From assembly GCA_964474885.1 (NCBI GenBank), contig CAYYWO010000003.1, positions 32,001 through 96,000 of the forward strand: a stretch of 64,000 nucleotides of DNA, in the 5' to 3' direction. The notes under the pieces were generated by a model that was not told where the DNA came from, did no database searches, and was given only the letters and a program-made list of their open reading frames with translations. Of the stretch, positions 56,533 through 64,000 are shown piece after piece; positions within the stretch are counted from its first letter, which is position 1; each line of letters starts with the position of its first letter. This DNA comes from Candidatus Hadarchaeota archaeon (lineage in GTDB: Archaea > Hadarchaeota > Hadarchaeia > Hadarchaeales > JAWBSP01). The translations under genes and the position numbers were made by a program.

Positions 56533-58056
56533 GAATGCCCAGGCGAATTTCCTGAGAAGGCTGCGAGTGTAAATCCGCTCAACCTCCACCTCCACTTGTT
56601 TCGCCCACCTAGCGTAGATCTCAGGATTTATGTAGCTCCTCAATGAGGTGGCCAAGTTGTAGCCCTTAGTCTTTTTTACAAGATCGAGCTTGAGTTTTTG
56701 CTCTCTCAACCTCTGTCTCAGCTTGCGCAACCTCTCCCGGTTTCTCTTGGTCATCCTCTTCTTTTTCAACTTCTCTATCCGCTCCTGAATCTGCTTTATC
56801 CTCTGTTGCATTCTCTCAACCCTCTCCTTCCACTTTTTCGGCGGTTTTTTCTTGTGGTTCAGAATTCTAGCTGCTCTGAGGTTCGCCATCTTAGCGACAT
56901 AGACTTTTTTGTAGGGATGGTCCCTACTGCTTAGCCTGGCTTCCCTCAAAGCTTTTTCAACCTCCTTGCTCGCATAATAGGTCCTGAAGACCTTTGCGGT
57001 GATGCCGGGCACTATTTTTCCAAGGAACTCATTAACCTGCTCGCACCTCACGTCCGGGAAAATCCTGGAACTTTTGCTCTTTTCCATACATTCCTTGAGA
57101 TTCCTGACGACTTGGGGCGGCATTCTGACGATTCGCCGGAATCTAACGGCCCCCTTGCCCAAGAAGTCGAATTTGACCTTGTCCTCCCCTAGTATTTTCA
57201 CGTTTGACTTCTTGAGAGTGGTTGCACCAACTGTGTCGAGCTCGTCGGGATCTTTTTCATCCCCTACCCTTATCTTCAGGAGGTCGATGAGGTAAGCGAC
57301 CGTGGCTATCTTCCTTACTTGGGGGTCGGGGGACTCTAAGCCTCTTAAGATGTGTTTCTGCATCTCAGGAAGCTTCTTCTCGAGTTCTTTAGCGAGTTCA
57401 AACTTCTTTTTCTCTCTTTCTTGCTTGATCTTGGCTGTATCCGCAATCCAAATGTACTTCATTTTTCCGGTTAATTTGTCCCTCCACTTCGCAATCCAAA
57501 GAGCATTCGGTTCCCATACCCTTCCTCCCCAAGAGCTTCCATCTGGGGTTGGGGGAGTGGGAGCGTCTGGGGATAGGTTCAGGATTATGTCAGAGTAGTG
57601 AACTCGGGGTTTCCACCTGCCCCTGAGAGGATGTTTTCCTCTTCCCACAAAAATGCAGGGGGGCTCAACTCTGTAATTGACTTCCACTTTCTGGCCATCG
57701 ATTATAGCATACCCATATTTCTGCTTTCTTTCTTCGTTTTCCTTCTTCCGTCTTTCCGCCAATTCTTTTTTGTGCTCCTTGGTCAATGCTTGGTTTGTTT
57801 CAATCCACTTCCTGATCTCACTAAAATCGAAGTCCTCCAGTTTTCCGCCGTCCAAGTTCAGTGCCTTGCAGAAGTCCCGTAGGAAGTTGCGGACGAAGAC
57901 AGGATCTTCCAGACGTTCGGGAGAGCATTTGACGAAAGCCAAGGCCATCTCTTCTTGTTCCGGGTTCAACTTGATTTCCTTTCCTCGGAAACGAATCTTA
58001 AGACCTTTTGGTTCATACGGTGGAATAAATACTCCGTTGTGAACGAGTTGGAGCAT
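56515..58056 (-). CDS. Type IB DNA topoisomerase (eukaryote-like)
   Basis: HNGV, GRGKHPLRG, IRVGDEKD, DTVG, FDFLGK, AKVFRTY, LNH, coiled-coil linker, catalytic SYINP. Confidence 0.93.
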   Translation of the reverse strand: MLQLVHNGVFIPPYEPKGLKIRFRGKEIKLNPEQEEMALAFVKCSPERLEDPVFVRNFLRDFCKALNLDGGKLEDFDFSEIRKWIETNQALTKEHKKELAERRKKENEERKQKYGYAIIDGQKVEVNYRVEPPCIFVGRGKHPLRGRWKPRVHYSDIILNLSPDAPTPPTPDGSSWGGRVWEPNALWIAKWRDKLTGKMKYIWIADTAKIKQEREKKKFELAKELEKKLPEMQKHILRGLESPDPQVRKIATVAYLIDLLKIRVGDEKDPDELDTVGATTLKKSNVKILGEDKVKFDFLGKGAVRFRRIVRMPPQVVRNLKECMEKSKSSRIFPDVRCEQVNEFLGKIVPGITAKVFRTYYASKEVEKALREARLSSRDHPYKKVYVAKMANLRAARILNHKKKPPKKWKERVERMQQRIKQIQERIEKLKKKRMTKRNRERLRKLRQRLREQKLKLDLVKKTKGYNLATSLRSYINPEIYARWAKQVEVEVERIYTRSLLRKFAWAFSEQPT

Positions 58057-58074
58057 AACAAATGGACGGAAGAC

Positions 58075-58503
58075 TTATGTTACCCTTATGTAGCGCAGGA
58101 TTTGATTGGCAGGCTTGTAGACGATCGTTATTACGTCGCCGAAGGCAAGTGGCTTTGGAGCTTGGACATATAGAACATCTCCTGCACTCAAAGTGATCAT
58201 GCCTTGAGGATTGTTATCCCCGTTGTACGACACAATAGTGGCATTTTGACCATTTACCCGTACAATAAGGTTGTTCCAGCTTTTACCGTTAATGGCATCC
58301 TTGATGTTATCCCCACCCATATGGTAGATTGTGAAATTTTCGTAGCCGCTTGATGCGTTCTCTAACATGAGGTTTACATTCACTGGAGTGGGAACAGTTC
58401 CAACAAGTCCCGTTGCGATCACGGCCACCATCGAAACCAACAAGACTGTAACGACAATCAGTAGAACTGTTGCTATTACTGGAGATACTCCGTTCTGTTG
58501 CAT
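58075..58503 (-). CDS. Archaeal type IV pilin
   Basis: Class III signal peptide NG|VSPVIATVLLI; HMGGD. Confidence 0.88.
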   Translation of the reverse strand: MQQNGVSPVIATVLLIVVTVLLVSMVAVIATGLVGTVPTPVNVNLMLENASSGYENFTIYHMGGDNIKDAINGKSWNNLIVRVNGQNATIVSYNGDNNPQGMITLSAGDVLYVQAPKPLAFGDVITIVYKPANQILRYIRVT

Positions 58504-58529
58504 TATAATTATCTTCCCTATAAATATTA

Positions 58530-59312
58530 GTGGAGGGAGGGCAGGTGATCCCGACTGGGGTTAAGTCAGTCGACCTATTAGTTGGAGGGGGTGTAAGAGC
58601 TGGATCCCTTATCCTTTTATATGGACCACCCAAGGCATTCAAGTCGGAATTTCTAGCAAATGTAGCAGTCATTTGGGCGGCAATGAAAGAAGGCAAACTC
58701 AAACCACCAAGAAACGTGAAGATCCCTAGGACAACTTGGTATCTTTGTTTATCAAAATCTCCTACTGAAATAACCAGCTCGGTCAAAAATATGTTCAGCA
58801 AGAAGTACTTTGAACTCTTCAAGAGGAATGTCAAGTTTTTAGACTTGAGCAAGGAGTACTCAGCCCTTGTAGGTTCATTCTGGGAAAAGCAGAAAACACC
58901 AGATGTGAGAAAATTCGTCCTCAGCATCGTCAACAAACTCAAAAAGATCGGCCCGGAATCCCTACTGTTCATCTACACGCTGACTGACATAGCGAGACTC
59001 CTGCATGAGAGACCGGTAGAGTTCTTGTCCTTTATGGAGGGTCTTCGCACGGCCGCACACTCTTGGAAGGGAGTGGTTTATGGAATCCTGAGGAAAGGGG
59101 CCCTTCCAACAGCTATGGAGGAAGATATTTTATCCATCTCCGACGGCACATTTTACTTTGATGTTGAGAAGGTTGGTACCAGCGAGAGATACACTTTGAC
59201 GTTACTGGCCCTCAGTGGAGTCCCCACCTCTGCCTTAGGTCAAGTTTTCGAAATTTCAGTCACTTCAGATGGATTTCACGCTGAGGCAGTCAAATCCATC
59301 CTCGGGGTCTAG
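58530..59312 (+). CDS. KaiC/RAD55/FlaH-like RecA-superfamily protein
   Basis: IPTGVKSVDLLVGGG, degenerate P-loop GPPKAFKS, SISDG. Confidence 0.75.
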   Translation: MEGGQVIPTGVKSVDLLVGGGVRAGSLILLYGPPKAFKSEFLANVAVIWAAMKEGKLKPPRNVKIPRTTWYLCLSKSPTEITSSVKNMFSKKYFELFKRNVKFLDLSKEYSALVGSFWEKQKTPDVRKFVLSIVNKLKKIGPESLLFIYTLTDIARLLHERPVEFLSFMEGLRTAAHSWKGVVYGILRKGALPTAMEEDILSISDGTFYFDVEKVGTSERYTLTLLALSGVPTSALGQVFEISVTSDGFHAEAVKSILGV

Positions 59313-59505
59313 TCTATTTTTTCGATCTCCTTGGAGCAGCAAAAAGGGCAGAGTAGAATCTTGTTTCCACGGTCTAAAAACAGTGCTGGTTCGGAAAATT
59401 CGTACGAGCAATTTTTACATCGAAATTTAGCTTTAGCTTTCTTCTGCTTCTCCTTCATCTTCCCTCCGTATCATTATCGGTATAAACGGATTATTGGATT
59501 GGAGG

Positions 59506-60210
59506 ATGATATACGCGATAATATCCGGGAAAGGGGGGGTGGGGAAAACAACCTTGGCCGCGAACCTAGGCCCACTAGCTGCGGAGCTTGGTAAAAAGAC
59601 GCTTTTGGTTGATACAGATTTAGCCGCTGGAAATCTTGCTCTTTATCTGGGCTTAACCGAACCGAGTAAGACCCTCCACGACTTGTTGGCAGGGGAGAAA
59701 GATATACATTCCTGCATATATTCCCTCCGTGAAGGTCTCGATGTCCTGCCAGCTGGCCTTTCCCTAAAGGGATTTTTGAAAGCAGACATAGCCGGGCTCC
59801 CGCAACTCATGAAGAAAGTAACCAAAGGTTATGAAGTCGTAATTTTAGACACGCCCCCTGGTATAAGCAGGAATAGCATAGTCCCGTTGAAGTGCGCAGA
59901 TCTAGCAGTTCTCGTCACCACGGCGGATCCACCCTCCCTAACCGTTAGCGTAAAGATGAAGGCCATAGCTTCCATTCTCGATAGGAGGATTGCTGGAACG
60001 GTCATAAACCGAGTAGAGAAAGGATTTTTAAAGAAGAACAAGCCAGCGGTCATTGCCAAGCAGCTGGGAACGGAAATCGTGGGCACTATCCCCGAGGACG
60101 ATAAAGTAAAACAGTCAATTGAGCTCGGGAAGCCCATTGTTCTCCACCGACCCAAATCGCAGGCTTCTAAAGCTCTTAGAGCGATCGCGTTAAGTCTTTT
60201 TGGCGGATAA
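59506..60210 (+). CDS. minD: MinD/ParA-family ATPase
   Basis: SGKGGVGKTT, LDTPPG, INR, IPED; ATG 59506 after GGAGG. Confidence 0.85.
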   Translation: MIYAIISGKGGVGKTTLAANLGPLAAELGKKTLLVDTDLAAGNLALYLGLTEPSKTLHDLLAGEKDIHSCIYSLREGLDVLPAGLSLKGFLKADIAGLPQLMKKVTKGYEVVILDTPPGISRNSIVPLKCADLAVLVTTADPPSLTVSVKMKAIASILDRRIAGTVINRVEKGFLKKNKPAVIAKQLGTEIVGTIPEDDKVKQSIELGKPIVLHRPKSQASKALRAIALSLFGG

Positions 60211-60233
60211 ATCAGTTCTACTTTAGGTAATAG

Positions 60234-61883
60234 ATGAAAAAATCTAAACTTAAGTCCAAACTCAAATCGGAGCAGCTCAGTTTGCTGAAGATTGAGGAAA
60301 GGGATGAAGAACTGGAGCAGCTCAGGAGTTATAGTGATAAAATAATGGGTGAGAGCATTCACCTCTCTCCCTCTCCAACCACCTACGATCCGATCAGATT
60401 CGGCCCCCTCGTCTCTTTCCGCTTGCCAGAAGGGTACACAGAAGTCGAGAGGTATTGGCTGGATCCTCCTTTCGCCTTCGTGGTGGTTCTTGAAGACAAG
60501 GGTACAGGCAAAACAACTTATCATATAGTCGAACCAGAGCTAACACCATTCGAGCGCGCACTCTTGGACAAAATAAAGGATGAATTGTACGATAGATTGC
60601 CCTATGAGGGTTCTAGAGAACCGGAAAAAGTGTTTGAGAGAGCCTACGCGGAAGTTGCTAGAGCTCTAGGAGTGAAGGATTGGCGCATGTACCACAAGCT
60701 GTTGTACTTCCTGAAAAGAGAAACACTCGGGTTCGGCAAGCTGGATCCAATTTTTAAAGACAGGAATGTCGAGGATATTTCATGTGATGCTCCTGGTGTG
60801 CCAGTTTTTCTTTACCACAGGAAGTACTACAACATAGAAACTAATCTCATCTTCGATCGGGAGGAACTAGATACCTATGTGATGAGACTCGTTGAAAGGA
60901 GCGGAAAGCATGTTTCACTAGCCAGGCCAGTTGTGGATGCTACACTCCCAGGAGGTCATCGTCTTGAGGCAACCTTTGCAACTGAGGTGACGAGCAAGGG
61001 AAGTTCTATGTCCATTCGAAAATTCATGGGCGGCACTTTTACTCCAGTTGACTTGATAAGATTCGGAACTTTCAGTCCATCTATGCTCGCCTACCTCTGG
61101 ATAGCAGCGGAGAATAGAAAAAGCATAATGGTTATTGGGGGCACAGCTGCGGGGAAGACCTCCACCCTGAACGCCCTCGCCTTCTTCATACCACCGGACG
61201 CCAAGATAGTGACGATAGAGGATACACGTGAGCTCTCCTTGTACCAACAGAATTGGATCCCTATGGTGACTAGGGAGGCTCCAGGGGAGGCGATGAAGAT
61301 AGACATGTATGAGTTGCTCAGGCAGGCTCTCAGGCAGAGACCAGAGTGTTTGATTGTAGGAGAAGTGAGGGGAAGGGAAGCGATGACAATGTTTCAAGCT
61401 CTCTCAACTGGACATACCGCATACTGTACATTGCATGCCGGAAACGTTCAGGAGGCAATTTTGAGACTGGAGAGCGATCCGATGAACGTTCCACACACCA
61501 TGATATCTGCGCTGGATATAATATGTGTTCAAACGATTGCCTATTTGGGAAAGAAAAGAGTCAGGAGAAATCAGCTTATCGCAGAAATCGTGGGGGTCAC
61601 CCCACAAACTAAGGAGGTCAAACTTGTGGAGCTGTTCAGTTGGGATCCGTCAACTGACTCCTTTAAGGAATTGGCTGAACCCCCAAGTTGGAAGGAGATA
61701 TGCAAGATGAGAAACATAGACAGGCTGGATCTCGAGAAGGAATATGAGAGGAGGGCGGAGTTTTTGGCAACAATGGCGGAGAAGGGCGTGACCGATTACG
61801 ATGATGTATCGAGGCTGATAAACCTTTACTATTTCAATCCGGAGAAGGCATTTGCCGAGTTGAGGGCATTTAAGAAACGGTAA
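60234..61883 (+). CDS. Type II/IV secretion assembly ATPase (FlaI/TadA-like)
   Basis: EDISCD, GGTAAGKT, IEDTREL, LRQRP...GEVRG, TGH..TLHA. Confidence 0.94.
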   Translation: MKKSKLKSKLKSEQLSLLKIEERDEELEQLRSYSDKIMGESIHLSPSPTTYDPIRFGPLVSFRLPEGYTEVERYWLDPPFAFVVVLEDKGTGKTTYHIVEPELTPFERALLDKIKDELYDRLPYEGSREPEKVFERAYAEVARALGVKDWRMYHKLLYFLKRETLGFGKLDPIFKDRNVEDISCDAPGVPVFLYHRKYYNIETNLIFDREELDTYVMRLVERSGKHVSLARPVVDATLPGGHRLEATFATEVTSKGSSMSIRKFMGGTFTPVDLIRFGTFSPSMLAYLWIAAENRKSIMVIGGTAAGKTSTLNALAFFIPPDAKIVTIEDTRELSLYQQNWIPMVTREAPGEAMKIDMYELLRQALRQRPECLIVGEVRGREAMTMFQALSTGHTAYCTLHAGNVQEAILRLESDPMNVPHTMISALDIICVQTIAYLGKKRVRRNQLIAEIVGVTPQTKEVKLVELFSWDPSTDSFKELAEPPSWKEICKMRNIDRLDLEKEYERRAEFLATMAEKGVTDYDDVSRLINLYYFNPEKAFAELRAFKKR

Positions 61884-63643
61884 TGAGGTTGATCAATCCG
61901 GAAAAATATTCTGACCTCCGCTTAACACTCAGGAAACTGAGGAAACCTCTCTCCCTGAATGAGTATCTGAACCAGAGCTTATTGCTGGCTTTAGTTGTGG
62001 GAATAGTTGTGGCAGCTGCTCTCTTTTTGTTCTCCTTTCTATTACACTTGCCTTCTCTCTTCATGTATCTGCCTTTCTTCTTGGCTCCGCTGAGCTCTTA
62101 CTTGGTTTGGAGGATCATGCTGTGGTATCCCTGGAGCGCCGTAAAGGGTAGGGAAGTTAAGATAGATCTCATGCTTCCCTCAGCTGTTTCTTTCATGTAT
62201 GCTCTCAGCAAGGGGGGGTTAACGGTAGCCGAGATTTTCCGGATGTTGAGTCAAGAGAGGGAAGACTATGGGGAAGTAGCGGTTGAGGCGGCTAGTTTCG
62301 TCCGAGAACTGGATTATCTTGGATATGATCCTGTTACCGCCCTAAGGAACCTAGCTTCCACGACTCCCTCTCAGAAATTCAGGAGGCTAATAGAATTCCT
62401 CATCCCGGTGGTCCAGACGGGGGCAAATCTAGCAGATTATTTTGCCCAGAAATGCAAAGAGCTATACGAGGCTGCCGAGGTCGATCAAAAAAGGTACTTG
62501 GACACCTTGGCATTCTATGCAGAATTCTATGTCATCCTGATGCTCTTTGCCCCATTGGTTCTGATCGTGACCCTGATGGCAGTCATGGCTTTTTATGGAG
62601 CCTCTATGATGATACTCTATATCTTGGGATATCTGCTCATCCCGCTCGGTTCAATCTTCTTTATAGTTCTCCTTAGCATGAAAGGCTTCGGAGTTATAGG
62701 TAGTAGGAAAGTTGAGCGCAAGAAATACTTCCGTAAAGTGCGCCCCCGCAATCAGATTGAGAAGAGCATGCTTAGGAGGCTGCTTCCAGCTGAGACAATG
62801 CCGGAAATCTTACTTCACCCAATGAGAGTTTTCAAAACACAACCGCACCAGGTTATGTTTTTCAGCGGAGGTGCAGCTTCTCTCTTTTTGTTTTCTTTCT
62901 TCCCCCATATCAACTTGACTACACTATTCTATGCGTTTCTGATCCTCGTGGTACCTTTTATTATTTTCCATGAGATCTGGAGCAGGAAGTTGAGCCAACT
63001 GGTGGAATACCTGCCAGAGTTTCTTCATTCTTTTGCGAGTGCAGCCTCCGCTGGTGTCCCCCCAGCTCATGCCATAAAGCTGGTGCCCGCAAGGGAACTA
63101 GGCCCCCTGAGAGAGGATGTACAGAGGATGGTGAAATACATTAATTGGGGGGACTCCTCAGTTGAAGCAGTTCACAAAGTGGAGAGAGAGTGCGGAAACA
63201 ATTATCTCTCAAGGACGATGGCAGTAGTGAGAAGGGCATGCTTAGCAAAAGGTGAAATCGCTGATGTCCTCCAGGTTCTCGCAACCGACGCCACTCAGCT
63301 GAGAGCTTTGAAGAGGGAAAGATGGGCAGCGATGTTTTCATATGCGCTCATAGTCTACATTTCTTTTGCGGTCTTTCTTTTCTGCATGGTCATGCTGACG
63401 CGTTTTCAATCTCTAGGCCAATTAGCTACAACTACTCCAACCACAACAAAACTCGGCATGACGGCCCCAGTTTACCAGGTCAAAACGACAACCCCATCTG
63501 TTGTGTGGCATGCAACAATGCTGCAGGCATTTTTTTCTGGCTTGATAGCGGGGCAGTTCTCAACTGGTAGATTGTTCTCGGGGTTGAAGCACTCAGTTAT
63601 AATGATGACGGTAGCATTTGTTGTTTTGAACTTTTTTGCCTAG
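61883..63643 (+). CDS. Type IV pilus membrane platform protein (FlaJ/TadC-like)
   Basis: Two T2SS-F-like repeats with TM helices; follows the ATPase. Confidence 0.9.
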   Translation: MRLINPEKYSDLRLTLRKLRKPLSLNEYLNQSLLLALVVGIVVAAALFLFSFLLHLPSLFMYLPFFLAPLSSYLVWRIMLWYPWSAVKGREVKIDLMLPSAVSFMYALSKGGLTVAEIFRMLSQEREDYGEVAVEAASFVRELDYLGYDPVTALRNLASTTPSQKFRRLIEFLIPVVQTGANLADYFAQKCKELYEAAEVDQKRYLDTLAFYAEFYVILMLFAPLVLIVTLMAVMAFYGASMMILYILGYLLIPLGSIFFIVLLSMKGFGVIGSRKVERKKYFRKVRPRNQIEKSMLRRLLPAETMPEILLHPMRVFKTQPHQVMFFSGGAASLFLFSFFPHINLTTLFYAFLILVVPFIIFHEIWSRKLSQLVEYLPEFLHSFASAASAGVPPAHAIKLVPARELGPLREDVQRMVKYINWGDSSVEAVHKVERECGNNYLSRTMAVVRRACLAKGEIADVLQVLATDATQLRALKRERWAAMFSYALIVYISFAVFLFCMVMLTRFQSLGQLATTTPTTTKLGMTAPVYQVKTTTPSVVWHATMLQAFFSGLIAGQFSTGRLFSGLKHSVIMMTVAFVVLNFFA

Positions 63644-64000
63644 TCAGGTGGGAATTTCCCCAGGAGCGGCTCTCCTCCGGAGAAGCACTATGAGCACAAC
63701 GATCACAACGACCAACACGACCGCAACGAGCACCATGTTGGTGCCAGCGGGCAGGGCGGTGGGTTGAGAAGGTGTCTTTACTTCCTTCCCGAAGATGTAG
63801 ACTTTGTGCTCCTTGTCTGACCTAGAGGTGCAGGCTATCATATAGTCCCCCCCATCTGACATGTCTATACTTTCCACGTTCCCCTCAATACCAGTGACCA
63901 AGGTAGACTTCCATTTCAAACTCTGCCCTTCGAGGTAGTAAACAGTAGCCATGTCAGCTGCGAAAACTTTAGTACCATCTGAGCTTATGGCTACCGAAGA
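63644..64000 (-). CDS. Beta-propeller surface protein with C-terminal TM anchor (partial)
   Basis: SIDMSDGGDY blade-like motif; TM helix followed by RRR; 5' end lies beyond the window. Confidence 0.6.
   Translation of the reverse strand, partial: SSVAISSDGTKVFAADMATVYYLEGQSLKWKSTLVTGIEGNVESIDMSDGGDYMIACTSRSDKEHKVYIFGKEVKTPSQPTALPAGTNMVLVAVVLVVVIVVLIVLLRRRAAPGEIPT

Noticed and set aside
724-63570. Many long antisense or alternate-frame ORFs in the track (e.g. 724-1263, 6788-7417, 34182-34964, 50985-51674)
   Set aside because: Shadows of well-supported genes in GC-rich DNA; no recognisable motifs

Overview
A GC-rich archaeal chromosome segment; the lineage cannot be fixed from this window. 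Housekeeping content: tyrS, a partial rnfGEAB operon, a near-complete de novo pyrimidine operon, a stand-alone LigD-type primase-polymerase, IDI-2, orc1/cdc6, tRNA-Pro(CGG), endA, trpS, ppdK, a CARDB/MMPL surface cluster, DNA ligase, sugar enzymes, intein-containing rtcB with archease, the L3-L24 ribosomal protein cluster, ahcY, a eukaryote-like topoisomerase IB and a type IV pilus locus. The most interesting signals are absent from the ORF track. (1) Five copies of a 24-bp palindrome (TGTCTGTTACYATRGTAACAGACA) are confined to the first 6.5 kb. One sits between two inverted ORB-like boxes (candidate replication origin) and directly upstream of an unannotated Cas2/VapD-like ORF, suggesting an origin-linked, centromere-like or autoregulated DNA-binding system. 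(2) Two mutually inverted arrays of ~30-bp-phased AT-rich dyad repeats lie 8 kb apart. (3) A cluster of 4-5 H/ACA guide RNA hairpins has plausible 23S targets and a shared apical motif. (4) A decayed TnpB retains an intact end hairpin. (5) The Rpp29 gene behind aIF1 probably starts at AUC. (6) There is an NnrE-TudS-like fusion. All family assignments come from motif reading, not database searches.
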